A stretch of 64,000 bases of DNA from Scyliorhinus canicula (Eukaryota), in the NCBI RefSeq assembly GCF_902713615.1, contig NC_052156.1, forward strand, positions 151,158,804 through 151,222,803, written 5' to 3'. Position numbers and translations under genes: made by a program. Below, one piece after another: positions 27,545 through 39,080 of this stretch. The notes beneath the pieces were generated by a model, which was not told the DNA's origin, made no database searches, and saw nothing but the letters and a program-made list of their open reading frames with translations. Each line of letters begins with the position of its first letter. Position 1 is the stretch's first letter.

Positions 27545-28277
27545 GGGCGAAATTCTCTGACCCCACGCAGGGTCGGAGAATAGGCGGGAAGCGGCGTTAT
27601 TTCCGCTCCCGCAGGTTTTTCAATTCTCCCGCCGGTCATAAACCGGCGTTGTGCAAATCCCGCCGGCAGCCTGTGAAAACAGCTGGCGCCGGCGGGATTT
27701 CATTTTTAAAAAAACTTACCTCAAATCTCCGGCCCGGATGGGCCGAAGTCCCGCCGCTGGGAGGCCTTCTCCCGCCGCCGAGGTTTAAACCACCTTGGTG
27801 GCGGCGGGCTCAGCGGCGCGAGCAGGCCTTCGGGGTCCTGGGGGGGCGGGGGGCGATCGGACCCGGGGGGGTGGGTGCCCCCACGGAGGCCTGGCCCGCG
27901 ATCGGGGCCCCCCGCTCACTCTGCGGGGCAGTGCCGTGGGGGCACTCTTTCTCCTTCCGCTCCGCCACGGCCTCCGCCATGGCGGACGCGGAGGAGAACC
28001 CCGCATCGCGCATGCGCCGGCAGTGACGTCAGCGGCCAGCTGCCGCTGACGTCACTGCCGGCGCATGCGCCGACCGCTGAAAGCCTTTCGGCCAGCCCCG
28101 CTTCCGACGGCGCCGGGTGTTTGCGCCAGTCTTCTGGTACAAACTGCTCCGGCGCGGGGCTGGCCCCCAAAGTTGGGGAGAATTCCCCACCTTTGGGGAG
28201 GCGCGACCCCTGAGTGGTTGGCGCCACTCCCCTACGCCGGCACCCTCCGTCACGCCGGGTAGGGGAGAATCCAGCCC
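27545..28277. mobile_element. Harbinger-like MITE with CAG target-site duplication
   Basis: TIRs GGGCGAAATTCTC and GAGAATCCAGCCC; CAG at 27542-27544 and 28278-28280; L1 reading resumes after it. Confidence 0.88.
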
Positions 28278-29574
28278 CAGAAGTGGTGTCAGAAGACCCG
28301 GGAGTCCAGGGGGCAAGAGATGTTGACGTCTTAGCCTTTGCCTCCCTGTTGGCCCAGAGACAGATTTTATTGGAGTGAAGGGACTCAGGGCCGCTGAAGC
28401 CGGGGGTGCAAGTGAGCAACCTGGCGGAGTTCCTTAGACTGGAAAAAATTAAGTTTGCCTTGAGAGGGTCAGTGGATGTTTTGCCTGGAGGTGGACGGCG
28501 TTTATCGACTTCTTCAAAGACAAGTAAGATGTCAGCAAATGTGGGAGGGATAAAGATGTTAAAATGGGGAAGGCAGGATGGGTGGAAGGGAATGGCAGGG
28601 TGGGTGGAGGGGAATGGCAGGGTGGGTGGGGTGGGTGGGGTGCGGGTCATTGATTTGTTATGAGGTTTCCTGTTTGTTCTCACTTTTATTTTGGTTGTGT
28701 TTTTTTGCATGGCGATATTGCCTGGGTTGTATTACCGTAGTCATCACCAGGAACACAGTAAAGATGTGCAGAGAGAGAGAGCTTCTTTCAGAATGAGGAC
28801 AAGCGGCATGGCGAGCATTGCATTGACCCACACTAACAAAACGGTTAAGACAGCCCGAATGAGAGCACCTGTCATCTGAAACCCAGCTGTTACTCATATT
28901 ACTCATGTCAACAAGAGCTGTGTCAAAAAGGTGGGTTTGGTTAATCTTTGGCTGGTTTGTTGAAGAGAGAGATTGTTTACAAATGGAGAATTTTAGGAAT
29001 ATTGGCTTCTAAATACTGGGACAATTGAAGGGCTAAAAGCATGGTGTTCTAGTGTGTTTGACTGCAGTGGTCATGTTTTTTCAAAGGATTTTGTTTTTCT
29101 TCAGCGTGTGAAATTGACCAGAGGAATGTCGTTTGACTGGGGAAGTCCTTGGGGAGTTAATATGCTTTACAGCCTGCAGAGATAGTTTGTTTTTCAACTT
29201 CGGAGATGAGGTCATTGCTGTGTGAGCCCAAAAATGCACAGAGGCAGGAGGTTTTGGAGAAGCTTTGGGAAAGAGAAGAGGTGAATTCTCATCTGCCCAA
29301 AATTGAGTCCACAATTATCTCAGTTGGATAGTTATAAAAGAGTAATAATATGTAAAGCAGAGCAGTCTTGTCTGGGACAAAGAAGAAGCTGAAACACGCC
29401 AGATGAACCAGATTTTTGACGATATTCAGCCAGAGTCTGAAGGGGTTCCAACCAGAGCCAAATCTGTTTTCTCAAGCAAGTATTACTCTATGCTACGCTA
29501 ATTTTAAGATTGATTGAGAGCTGTATGTTTCTACTCTTGTTGTTTAATGGGAAATTGCACAGTAGTGTTAAGGG

Positions 29575-30187
29575 TGTTATGGGCCAGGATTTAGAGAACC
29601 CCAAAGTGTATCATAGATTTCACCTGACCCACAATGTTTAATAGATTGTGGTATGGTAGATTGCTCTACAGGTGTGGTACAGCAGAAATGGAAAAGTATT
29701 TTTTAAGGCAAAGCAATGTTTATTCTATGAACTCAAGTTAACCTTTTTTAAAACATACAGTGAACATCTTAGCAACCATCAATTCAAATAAACCCCTCAA
29801 AGACTACAACACTAAGTAATCCTTTAAGCTTTCCTTTTAACATCCATACGACTTAAAAACAAAACCTTTAACAGAATGTTAAAGTCACTACTGAAAACAT
29901 TTATAATTATGAAGTCACCAAATGATCAAGAGATAGTCTTTTGATGGCAGAGAGAACAGCAGTACACCTGCTTTGTCTGGCTTCAGTTCCAATGCTAAAG
30001 AAAAACTAAAACACACCCTGCAGCAAACAGCCTAAAACGAAAGTAAAAAGCCGACAGCCCAGCTCCACCCACTCTCTGACATCACTGCAGTAGTAAACAC
30101 CCATTTCTTAAAGGTACTCCCACTACAGATATTTATATACACACCCATTTATAAACACCCATTTCTTAAAGATACTCTGACATGACA
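29575..30187. mobile_element. Solo LTR with 4-bp TSD
   Basis: TGTTAT...ATGACA termini flanked by AGGG on both sides (29571-29574 and 30188-30191). Confidence 0.75.
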
Positions 30188-31399
30188 AGGGGTAATTGTA
30201 AGCTGTTCTTTTCGGGTGTGAAGTTAAAAGTTTAATATTGTATTTATAATAAAGTTTTGTTTTAGAAATACCAAAGCCCTATTTTTTCATGCAATCACTT
30301 CTGGAGCAAATCATTCTTTCCACACGGTGTTACAATAAACTAAAATATTCGGGTTTCAGATCAATATCCTAGCAATATCCAATATCCTTGGGATCTGGCC
30401 TGGGATCATAAAATACTGTTGAGGCAGCATTGTGTATTTCTTAACATCCTTCTTATGATAGCGGGCAATTCTGGACGGTCACTAATATTCTCAGGTCAGC
30501 TCAGGCATTCTTGCCCTACGGGGGTGATCAGTGTGCTGTTATTAATCCTGTTCTGATCCGTTGGTCTCGGGGATATTTCCCTTTTTGTACCAAGGGAGGC
30601 GGGATCAGCACCCCTACCGGGGCCCACAATTATTGGGTGTCTTGGTGATTCTTCTTCTCTTCGGTGATGTGGTCTCCCCAGCTGGACCTGGCTTAATTTT
30701 TTCTTTAGTGCAAATGGGGTCAGTGCACTGCCCTGGGTATGGTTGGTGAGGTGCTGAACCATCTGAGGTGTCTGTTTTGGGGTGTATTGGACGTCCTGGG
30801 AACAGTGATTCCTATGTGTCAGAGTGTACTGGGCTAGGCTGATCTGGTGCTGTGGCTGATATCCTTTTGCCCCTTGGAGCTTGGGATTTCCCTTCTCGAA
30901 GGCATTTATTAGGGACTTCCTGAGAGGCTGTTTCTTCTGTGCAAGGGGTCCTGGAGTTGAGCCAAGTCCAGTACTTTGGTTGATATCCTGTTGCCCAACG
31001 CCCCCCCCCCCCCCCCCCTAATGGGAGGGGCACTTTCTTGTTTGAATGAGCCGCTTGTTCTCTTCTTCATTAATGGGTGATTGGCGTGCACCAGGGGAAT
31101 ATGAAACCATGGTTGGTACTTTATCCTTTGTTATCCTTTGATCTACATCTGGAAGTTCTAGTTCGCCTTCCTTTCTGTTTTTCTTGGGAGGCCTTTAAGG
31201 CATCAATCATTATCTCAATGCGTGTTGTCAGTCCGCTCTGTATTAATGTGGGTTGGTTCTGTACTGGGCCTGAGATTAGGGTTGTATGGTACCTTTGTAA
31301 CTCACCTTTAGAACTGGGGTTTTTGTGTTATTTGTTTGATTGTTTCATCTTTTCTATAAAGAATCTGTGATTTGTTCCTGCATGGTGCAGACAGGTCTG

Positions 31400-31843
31400 G
31401 GGCGGGATTCTCTGCGCTGAAATCGCGCTCGGCACGGGGGCAGAGAATTACCCAAAATAGGCTCCCACACCGGCATACAGAGAATCGCCACCAGTTGCGC
31501 TCGCGCGTTCGATGCGCCCGGTTGGCGATTCTCCGCGCTCAATGGGTCGAGTGCCCAGTGAGTCCCACTGGCATCATTTGCGTATCGGGGACAACCGTTC
31601 AGCGGGTGCGCTCATTCTGGGGGGGGGGGGGGGGGGTGGCCTATGTTCCTCCCCGCAGGGCTCCGCCATGTTGCATGGGGACCGGCACGCATATGGCCGC
31701 TGCGCGCATACGCGGACTAGCAGGGCCCCATATCCAGAGCAGTAGCTGCGGGGAGCATGCCGAGGCCCTGCCAGCCCCCTGAACAGCGCAGAATGACTCC
31801 GGACTTTTTGAAAGAATTTGGACATTTTCGGAGAATCCCACCC
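31400..31843. mobile_element. Harbinger-like MITE with CTG target-site duplication
   Basis: TIRs GGGCGGGATTCTC and GAGAATCCCACCC; CTG at 31397-31399 and 31844-31846. Confidence 0.88.
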
Positions 31844-31892
31844 CTGGTAACTGAGGAGAGGTGTGTCATTGGTGCCTCTCATGCTGATGGAG

Positions 31893-32098
31893 TTTTTTTT
31901 AAAGTACCCAATTTATTTTGGGGGGCAATTTAGGGTGGCCAATCTACCTAGCCTGCACAGCTTTGGGTTGTAGGGGTGAGACCCATGCAGGCACAGGGAG
32001 AATGTGCAAACTCCACACCAACAGTGACCCAAGACTGGGATCGAACCCGGGTCCTCAGTGCCCTGAGGCAGCAGTGCTAACCACTGTGCCATCGTGCC
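31893..32098 (-). mobile_element. tRNA-derived SINE
   Basis: Reverse complement of the 22055-type SINE with poly-A tail. Confidence 0.85.
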
Positions 32099-32150
32099 AC
32101 CCCACACTGCCGGTGTTGAGGGAGATATATTTTGGAGCATATCCAAGCAT

Positions 32151-32870
32151 GGGCTGGGATTCTCCCCTACCAGGCGGGGTGGGGGGTCCCGGCGTATTGG
32201 AGTGGTGTCAACCACTCCAGCGTCAGGCCTCCCCAAAGGTGCGGAATTCTCCACACCTTTAAGGACCAAGCCCTCACATTGAGGGGATAGGCCCGCGCCG
32301 GAGTGGTTGCCGCTCCGCCAACTGGCACGACCGGCCTTTAGCGCCCTGCCAGCCAGGGCCGAAAGGCCTTCGCCAGGCGGTGGACGTCCGCGCATGCGCC
32401 GGTGCGTCAGCGGTTGCTGACATCATACCGGCGCATGCGCAGCGGAGGGGGTTCTCTTCCGCCCCTGCCATGGTGAAGGCCATGGCGGGGCGGAAGAAAA
32501 AGAGTGCCCCCACGGCACAGGCCCGCCCGCCGAACGGTGGGCCCCAATCGCGGGCCAGGCCACTGTGTGGGCACCCCCCGGGGTCAGATCGCCCTGCGCT
32601 CCCCCCTCCCCCAGGACCCCGGATTCCACCCACGCCGCCATTCCCGCCAGCACCAGAGGTGTTTTGATTCCCGCCGGCGGAATTGGTCTGTCAGCGGCTG
32701 GACTTCAGCCCATTGGGGGCCGGAGAATCGCTGCGGGGGGCCCGCTAACCGGCGCGATTCCCACCCCCACCGATTCCTGGGTGGCAGAGAATTTGGGCCA
32801 CGGCGGGGGCGGGATTGACGCCGGCCCCAGGCGATTCTCCCACCCTGCGGGGTGTCGGAGAATTCCGCCC
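32151..32870. mobile_element. Harbinger-like MITE, same family as 27545-28277 in opposite orientation
   Basis: TIRs GGGCTGGGATTCTCC and GGAGAATTCCGCCC; both subterminal regions match the reverse complement of 27545-28277. Confidence 0.85.
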
Positions 32871-33469
32871 ATGGTGTGTAAAGCTTATCCTGATCTCTCA
32901 TGGTAATTGCGAGTAATGGCAGCACAGGAAGGTGTGTGCCATTTCATCACGTTTTCATGGCTACGTCCTGTTTCTCCCTTTTTCTCTTGTGGGTCTGAGA
33001 GACATCAAGTTCTGTCTAATGATTGTGTGGACCCAGCTGTTCTGGCCCCCTCTCTATTCATATATATTGAACTGTTCTTTGGCTTGCTTGTGATGTGCCA
33101 TTTTAGTAGTTTTGTTGCGTTGTTTGTAAACATGTAAAACCTTAATAAACACACCTTTTTAAAATAAACATTGCTTCAGCTTAGGTACACTCTACGAAAA
33201 GCGTCTTTAGAATGCTCAGTCTCTGTGCTCTAAGAGCGATCTAAATCCAAGGCAGTGACAAATTGATCAAGTGTTTAATCAACATAGAAATCCAACATAT
33301 GCAATTCATCTAACTGTCATAGCTGCATATAAATCATTAGCCTGACAGCACTTGCCCCCATTATGCCCTGCCGGCAATTGTCTTGTCCATGTGCTTTCGC
33401 TCGTTGTTCCATATCCGTTTGTACTTAAGGTAGCAGATTATCTCACGATTTACAAGAAATAGGTTGCGC

Positions 33470-33553
33470 TGAACGGGCGGGGTGTTGAGGTTTTCACGTG
33501 ATGCAGTCAGTGTGGCTGGTGATTCCTGACAAGTAACTTCTCGTATGTGTGAC
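33470..33553 (+). promoter_or_regulatory. Candidate proximal promoter of the IgSF gene
   Basis: GC box GGGCGGGG at 33475-33482 and E-box TCACGTGA at 33494-33501, about 50-80 bp upstream of the leader ATG, in unique sequence. No TATA box seen. Confidence 0.4.
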
Positions 33554-33602
33554 ATGATGGTATTATTTTGCCTTTTCCTAGAGTTACTGTTCGCCCTCTC
33601 AG
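33554..33602 (+). CDS. Exon 1 (signal peptide) of a VJ-C1-TM IgSF receptor gene
   Basis: ATG at 33554 opens MMVLFCLFLELLFALS, a hydrophobic 16-aa leader, then G|gtacgt phase-1 donor at 33603. It joins in frame to the V exon (G+CT=Ala). Confidence 0.8.
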
Positions 33603-34520
33603 GTACGTGACACATTGATAATACTTTTAGTTTGGAAATCTAAACTAGAGAGACATTAAATTTGAAGTTAGATCTGTGTCTAATGTCATTAAGATAATTT
33701 ACATGATATGGATTTCCTCCACTGAGTTTTTGTAAAACGAGGATAGGAATATTTCAGTTTTACCTAAATCAGCGATATCTAAATATATTACCTGCTTAAC
33801 TTCCACCTGATTTCATTGCCAAGTTATAGTTTAATTGTGCAATATGCCACTGTATCCTGGTAAATGCAACTGAAAGCTGTAGGGAATGGATGTAAACTTT
33901 TCAAACAATCATTGTAGACGCCAGAAATTAGTTGGTTTATGCAAAATAAACTATCCGATTCAAAGATGCTTGAATCACTTGCTGCATGTGCCGTTCGTGA
34001 ACAAGCCATTGATGTTGCTCCATTTAGCTTTCATAAACTACCATTCCGTGCTTTTATCCCCTCGTATAGTACTTGCTCTTCGGACAATGCAGTTTTAGTA
34101 AAATACCATAATATTCTCAGTTATTAAGGTGGATATAGATAATAATGCGTTTCATTCCATACGGTCTCCCGTTACTACAGTATAATGCATTCGGATTATG
34201 TTGTAAACGCTGTTTATATTTTGAGTCCGGTCTTGTTCTTGTGTTAATCGGGTAATTTGTGACCATCGTGATACTAAATTCCTGTTTGTTTTTAACACCT
34301 GGAGAAGCTTCTTTAAAACAATACGAGGTTGAAAATGCAATATTAGATGTTTAGGAACAGGCACATCCAGCACATTGATGTTACCCCAAACAAATATTTC
34401 ATTCCTATTTTAACAAAGAAATTAAGAGTTAACGCTCCAATGAAAATAGCAGAGGAGTTTCACATGGTATTCACTTTTATTACTAATAATACCCAGTGGG
34501 ATTTTGTATTGCTTTTCAAG

Positions 34521-34880
34521 CTGGACAGCGCATTGGCCAAGATTTACGGCAGCCTGAAAATCTTTCTGCCACAAAAGGAGACTTGATCGCGTTAAATTGT
34601 TTCTACTCAGTACCTGTTCTCCAAAGATTCGAAGCATGGTGGATTTTCCAAAATCACAGCCGGTGTCCTCTTAAGATCATCGCAAACGTTTCGGCCATTG
34701 GACCGCAAGTAATTCATGCTCGATATTCTGCAACGCACAACTCCAGGCAGAAAACGTTCACTTTAAGGATTACTGATGTTCATTTCAATGACACTGGAGT
34801 CTATCGCTGTGAGATGTTTAAGACCGCGCCTCCACCAAGTGGTAAATTGATCGGCAAAGGAACGATGCTGAAAGTAACCG
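34521..34880 (+). CDS. Exon 2: Ig V-set domain with germline-joined J-like G strand
   Basis: Acceptor ttgcttttcaag| and phase-1 donor G|gtacta; 360 bp inside ORF 34496-34894. Shows B-strand Cys (LNC), C-strand Trp (AWWIFQ), FTLRITDV, DTGVYRC and IGKGTMLKVT (GxGT). Confidence 0.92.
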
Positions 34881-36185
34881 GTACTAATATCTAACTATAA
34901 ATTAGATGTCCTGGCTATATTATTTGGTATATTCGTGCAAACTTTCCGCTGCAATGAATTTTGTACAGTCCCGTGTCAGTCAGAGAGATGTGAGAGGCCT
35001 CGGGTTTGATTGTCAGGATGTGGCGAGTTGGCCTCAGTGCCCCAGAGGTTTCCACTCGATCTTTATCAAGTTTTCCAGATGTATATAAATGACATTGATG
35101 GAGGACAGAATCGGGTCTCCGTAGCAGAACAGCTTCGTTATTTCTTAGGTCAGATGCTGGAGGGGGACCTCTGGCATAGTACTCCAGTGGTGAATGGTGG
35201 GAAAAGGAGTGACTGCAACAGTCACATAAGGGTATAAATTAGAAAACCACGACCAATATTTGAGATAACAATGCTTGGAATACTGACAGCATTAAAATAT
35301 AATATATATATTAAAATTCCCTTCACCCTACCTAAATATGGTTGTATTTTTCTCAATCTGCTGACGTTAACATAATCGTGAGGGAGACTCTGAGATAGTG
35401 TTAACATACGTTTACCATTACTAACCAAAGTACATATTTTTATCCCATGCTTAAAATATTGGAATAATTGGAGCAAAGGCTGTTTGACATCTTGAAGATT
35501 GAACATTGAAATAGCATTCCTCAATTTGAGCTACTAAAATAAGTTTGGTTATTTTAAAAATCCATCATAATAACACTGATCTTTTCTCAGCCCTTACTTT
35601 GCTAAAGGCAATCATGAAGGATTTAGTACATGCGTCTGCTATTTTTTGCTACTCTACAATTTGACACTCCTCTCTCCAGTTTCACCTCCCTTTTTAATGA
35701 TTCTCTTTTTGATATACTTATAACATACTGCAGTCTCTCTTTTGAAGAGTTTTGAAATTGTTTTCTCTTAATTTCTCTCAACTAATCTATCCATACAATA
35801 ATTAAATTACTTATTTATTTGACTAATTAGCTGACAACTTTAGAGTCAGAAAATACTGGAAACATTAAGCAAATCGGCAACAGTATCTGCCGAGGAAGGT
35901 GCAAGTTGACTTTTCCAAGCATAACACTCCATCAAATTTCCTGCATCTGCAAACCTTTTCTTTTTCTAGAGTGTTTGGCACACCCTTGAGAAACGTTAAT
36001 TTCCTTTGCAGAACAGTGAAAAGAGGGCACACAGCACTAATTTCCCAAGTGATCTAGTTTGTAAAGATAACTCATGGAATTTCAGAAATCTCCATAAAAA
36101 TGAAATCTGCAGAGAACTATGCACATTGTGACTATCAGTGCTCAACGAAGGTCATGATTATAGATCCGAAAGCATAGCACTGTTT

Positions 36186-36568
36186 AGTAATGAACTCCTC
36201 CAGGAGGAGAAAGAGGCAGACCTTGCTTCCCTGGTAGCCGGAGACAGATACTATTAGTTTGGAGGGACACAAAGCACCTGAAGTCGGAAACCTGGCTATC
36301 GGACATGGTTAGCTTTCTTTGTTTGGAGAAAATCAAGTTCGCCTTGAGAGGGTCACTGTTGGGGCTTGCCCGGAGGTGGCAACCGTTCATCGACTTCTTT
36401 GCAAAAAATTATTCGGGGGGGGGGGGGGGCTAGTTTAGCTTAGAGTAGGGGGTTAATAAAGGTGGGACCTGTAAGGGAGGGAAACGGCTTTTGCACTATG
36501 TTTATAGTTTCATGTGTGTTGTTATAATACCAAAAAATACCTCAATAAAATGTTTATCAAAAAAAATA
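36186..36568 (+). mobile_element. L1 3' end fragment
   Basis: Homologous to the L1 ORF2 C-terminus near 28290-28560; ends AATAAAATGTTTATC plus A-run. Confidence 0.75.
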
Positions 36569-36796
36569 ATGAAACCCACCATTAAAACATTTGTTTGAAA
36601 AGAAGTATCACTTTACTCAGCGGAGCAATAGTGTTACATTGAGAGAGAAAAGGATAGTTTGCCTATCGTGTTACATATTTAAATGTTGGTTTTTCAAACT
36701 ATGGTATATTTTTGAAAAGAAAAATCATTGTTGGATACATAATTTATCATGAATAATGGTAGCTACTAAGAAGTATTATTTTAAACAACAATGGAT

Positions 36797-36903
36797 TTTT
36801 TACTGTACCTTCGTTTTAAAACAAAAATACCGTTTCACTATGTGCAATGAATTTTTACTGTACCTTCGTTTTAAAACAAAAATACCGTTTCACTATGTGC
36901 AAT
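36797..36903. repeat. 55-bp period tandem duplication (2 copies)
   Basis: TTTTTACTGTACCTTCGTTTTAAAACAAAAATACCGTTTCACTATGTGCAAT at 36797 and 36852. Confidence 0.9.
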
Positions 36904-37057
36904 TAATTATCTGCCTCTGTCCACTTTAAGTCTGATATTAATAAGAAAATCCAATAGTAGAAATTAACTCGACAAATGAACATTTTTTGGAGCAATATAT
37001 TGTGCACTGCGGCAGGTCTGGCAACATCAGGGGAGAATGAAAAGTGCTGATTGACAC

Positions 37058-37388
37058 ATCGAACAGTACAGCACAGAACAGGCCCTTCGGCCCTCGATGT
37101 TGTGCCGAGCAATGATCACCCTACTCAAACCCACGTATCCACCCTATACCCGTAACCCAACAACCCCCCCTTTAACCTTACTTTTTAGGACACTACGGGC
37201 AATTTAGCATGGCCAATCCACCTAACCCGCACATCTTTGGACTGTGGGAGGAAACCGGAGCACCCGGAGGAAACCCACGCACACACGGGGAGGACGTGCA
37301 GACTCCGCACAGACAGTGACCCAGCCGGGAATCGAACCTGGGACCCTGGAGCTGTGAAGCATTTATGCTAACCACCATGCTACCGTGC
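37058..37388 (-). mobile_element. HE1-like SINE
   Basis: Near reverse complement of 3713-4061. Confidence 0.9.
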
Positions 37389-38110
37389 AACCAATCCTTT
37401 ATTGCTCATCCAGCAAATTTGCAAATGAAGTAATATAAAAAAGAATGAAAAATAGAAAGCCAAATGCCACTTTCAGTTCAAATCCACAAAGTGCAAGTGT
37501 TAATTTATAGATTGAGAACAATAAAAGCAAACTTGCACCCAATCAAAATTGGATTGAGACTCCTGCAAATTCTTTCCGCATCCGAGTTTAATCAATCATT
37601 TTTTTTAAATGTTCGCCATTAGATGTGGGTGGGAGACAGGAAGATTACCTAAATTGTTAAAAGTAAGTGACCAGACTCTCAGCTACCAGGCAGTCACTGT
37701 AGAGGGCTGCTGTGGCCCTCTGATCCCCGTTGCTCCAGGGTGGGAGTATTTAAAGGAAGTGTCAGTATCACCCTCTATTGCTGTTTGCGGAAAGATTACT
37801 AGCGCCACCAATATGACTCTTAAGTGGGCACTTAACTGTGACTCTAAGTGGGCACTTAACTGACCCTAATTTTGTTTCTGTCGAAGCTGAGAACGGAAAA
37901 AGTTGACCCCGCTTCCGGGCAAGATCACTTGGAATGAGCTGGGGAGCCGACCCAACGTGAGATTCTCCATTTTTGCTGCTGGTCCTGTCTCCAAATACAA
38001 GATTTCACCCATTGTTTTAAAACAGTGGTTAGGACCTTCAATGTGGCTGACATCATTTATTTGTTTTGGGCGGTGTGAGTATATTCAAGAGTGGTTGATG
38101 TCTCACTTGT

Positions 38111-38292
38111 TTAATAATAATATAATAATCGTTTATTGTCACAAGTAGTCTTCAATGAAGTTACTGTGAAAAGCCCCTCGTCGCCACATTCCGGCACCTG
38201 TTCGGGGAGGCTGATATGGGAAATGAACCCGCGCTGCTGGCATTGTTCTGTATTACAAGCTAGCAATTTAGCCCACTGTGCTAAACCAGCCC
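38111..38292 (-). mobile_element. Short SINE (same family as 20927-21106)
   Basis: Reverse complement reads GGGGCTGGTTTAGCACAGTGGGCTAA..GGTGCCGGAATGTGGCGAC..TAATAAA. Confidence 0.8.
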
Positions 38293-38768
38293 CTAATTCA
38301 ATTGAGTGTGACCACAGGACAAAGAACAAATGTCAAAAGGCTGACAGAATCAACAAAAGAGACAGTCAGGTGTGGTTGAGGGCAGCACGGACTCAATGGG
38401 GCTGAGGCAAGAGAGCTTGCAAACACAGAAATCTGAGCGAGGCATCAGTGGTGGGCGAATGGAAAATTAAACAAATGACAACGGATGCCGGGGTTAGGCT
38501 CGACAATGCCTCACACAATAAATGTTCAAACAGGGGTGGGCAGATTGTGGAATCTGATAACTAAATCGAAGACTGGGTGAAAATTTGTAAATATTTAGTC
38601 ACATTTAAACACATCATATTCGATTCCTAGAACCCCACCTTAAAGTTTAAGATATATGTGCACGGTAATATAACTTAATTTTAGTAGCTTTGATACTCGA
38701 ATGATTGAAATGCACACTGATCTCAGATGAGTCCAGTTCCATTATTAATCCACATTTCTGCCCTCCAG

Positions 38769-39080
38769 CTCGGCCTTCTCTTCGGCTATTTGCTTCCGCT
38801 GAAGAAACTGCATCTTCACCTTCAGTTATTGTCACATGCTCCGCATACAGGTTCTATCCAAATATGATCACAATGATGTTCCAGACAGCCTGTCTCACCA
38901 ACCAGCTCACCAATGGAAGCTCACCTAACCTCGATGGAACCTACAACCATACAGCTTTCATTAACATCTCCATCAAAACCTGCACCAACTCAACCAAATT
39001 CACTTGTCTAGTTCACCATCCAGCATCACAGTCCAAGATAAACCACACTATCTTCATTGATGTACACCCAACAGGTGAAG
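38769..39080 (+). CDS. Exon 3: Ig C1-set domain
   Basis: Acceptor catttctgccctccag| and phase-1 donor G|gtaagg (alternative phase-1 donor at 39075). Motifs PSLRLF, VTCSAYRFYP, NLDGTY and FTCLVHH are C1-set hallmarks. Confidence 0.9.

Larger units (their letters stand above)
22408..28740 (+). mobile_element. Near full-length degenerate L1, interrupted by MITEs
   Basis: 5' GACTTCCG start; ORF1 pieces 22568-23400; EN (RGPNGPVKRSRVF..FLQET); RT (DIEKTFDQV, GTRQGCPLS, FADDLL); C-terminal Cys-rich region. Confidence 0.9.

Noticed and set aside
19526-32925. Many overlapping 100-260 aa GC-rich ORFs as protein-coding genes
   Set aside because: They lie within non-autonomous MITEs; stop-poor GC-rich sequence explains them.
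34012-34255. Alternative leader exons nearer the V exon
   Set aside because: Candidates are poorly hydrophobic, contain a stop, or have the wrong phase; 33554-33602 fits much better.
34521-39080. Naming the gene NCR3 (NKp30), CD28/CTLA4, SIRP or tapasin
   Set aside because: NKp30 and CD28 lack C1, and NKp30 has a charged TM residue. SIRP normally has two C1 domains. Tapasin has a long N-terminal domain and a TM Lys. No symbol can be supported without searches.
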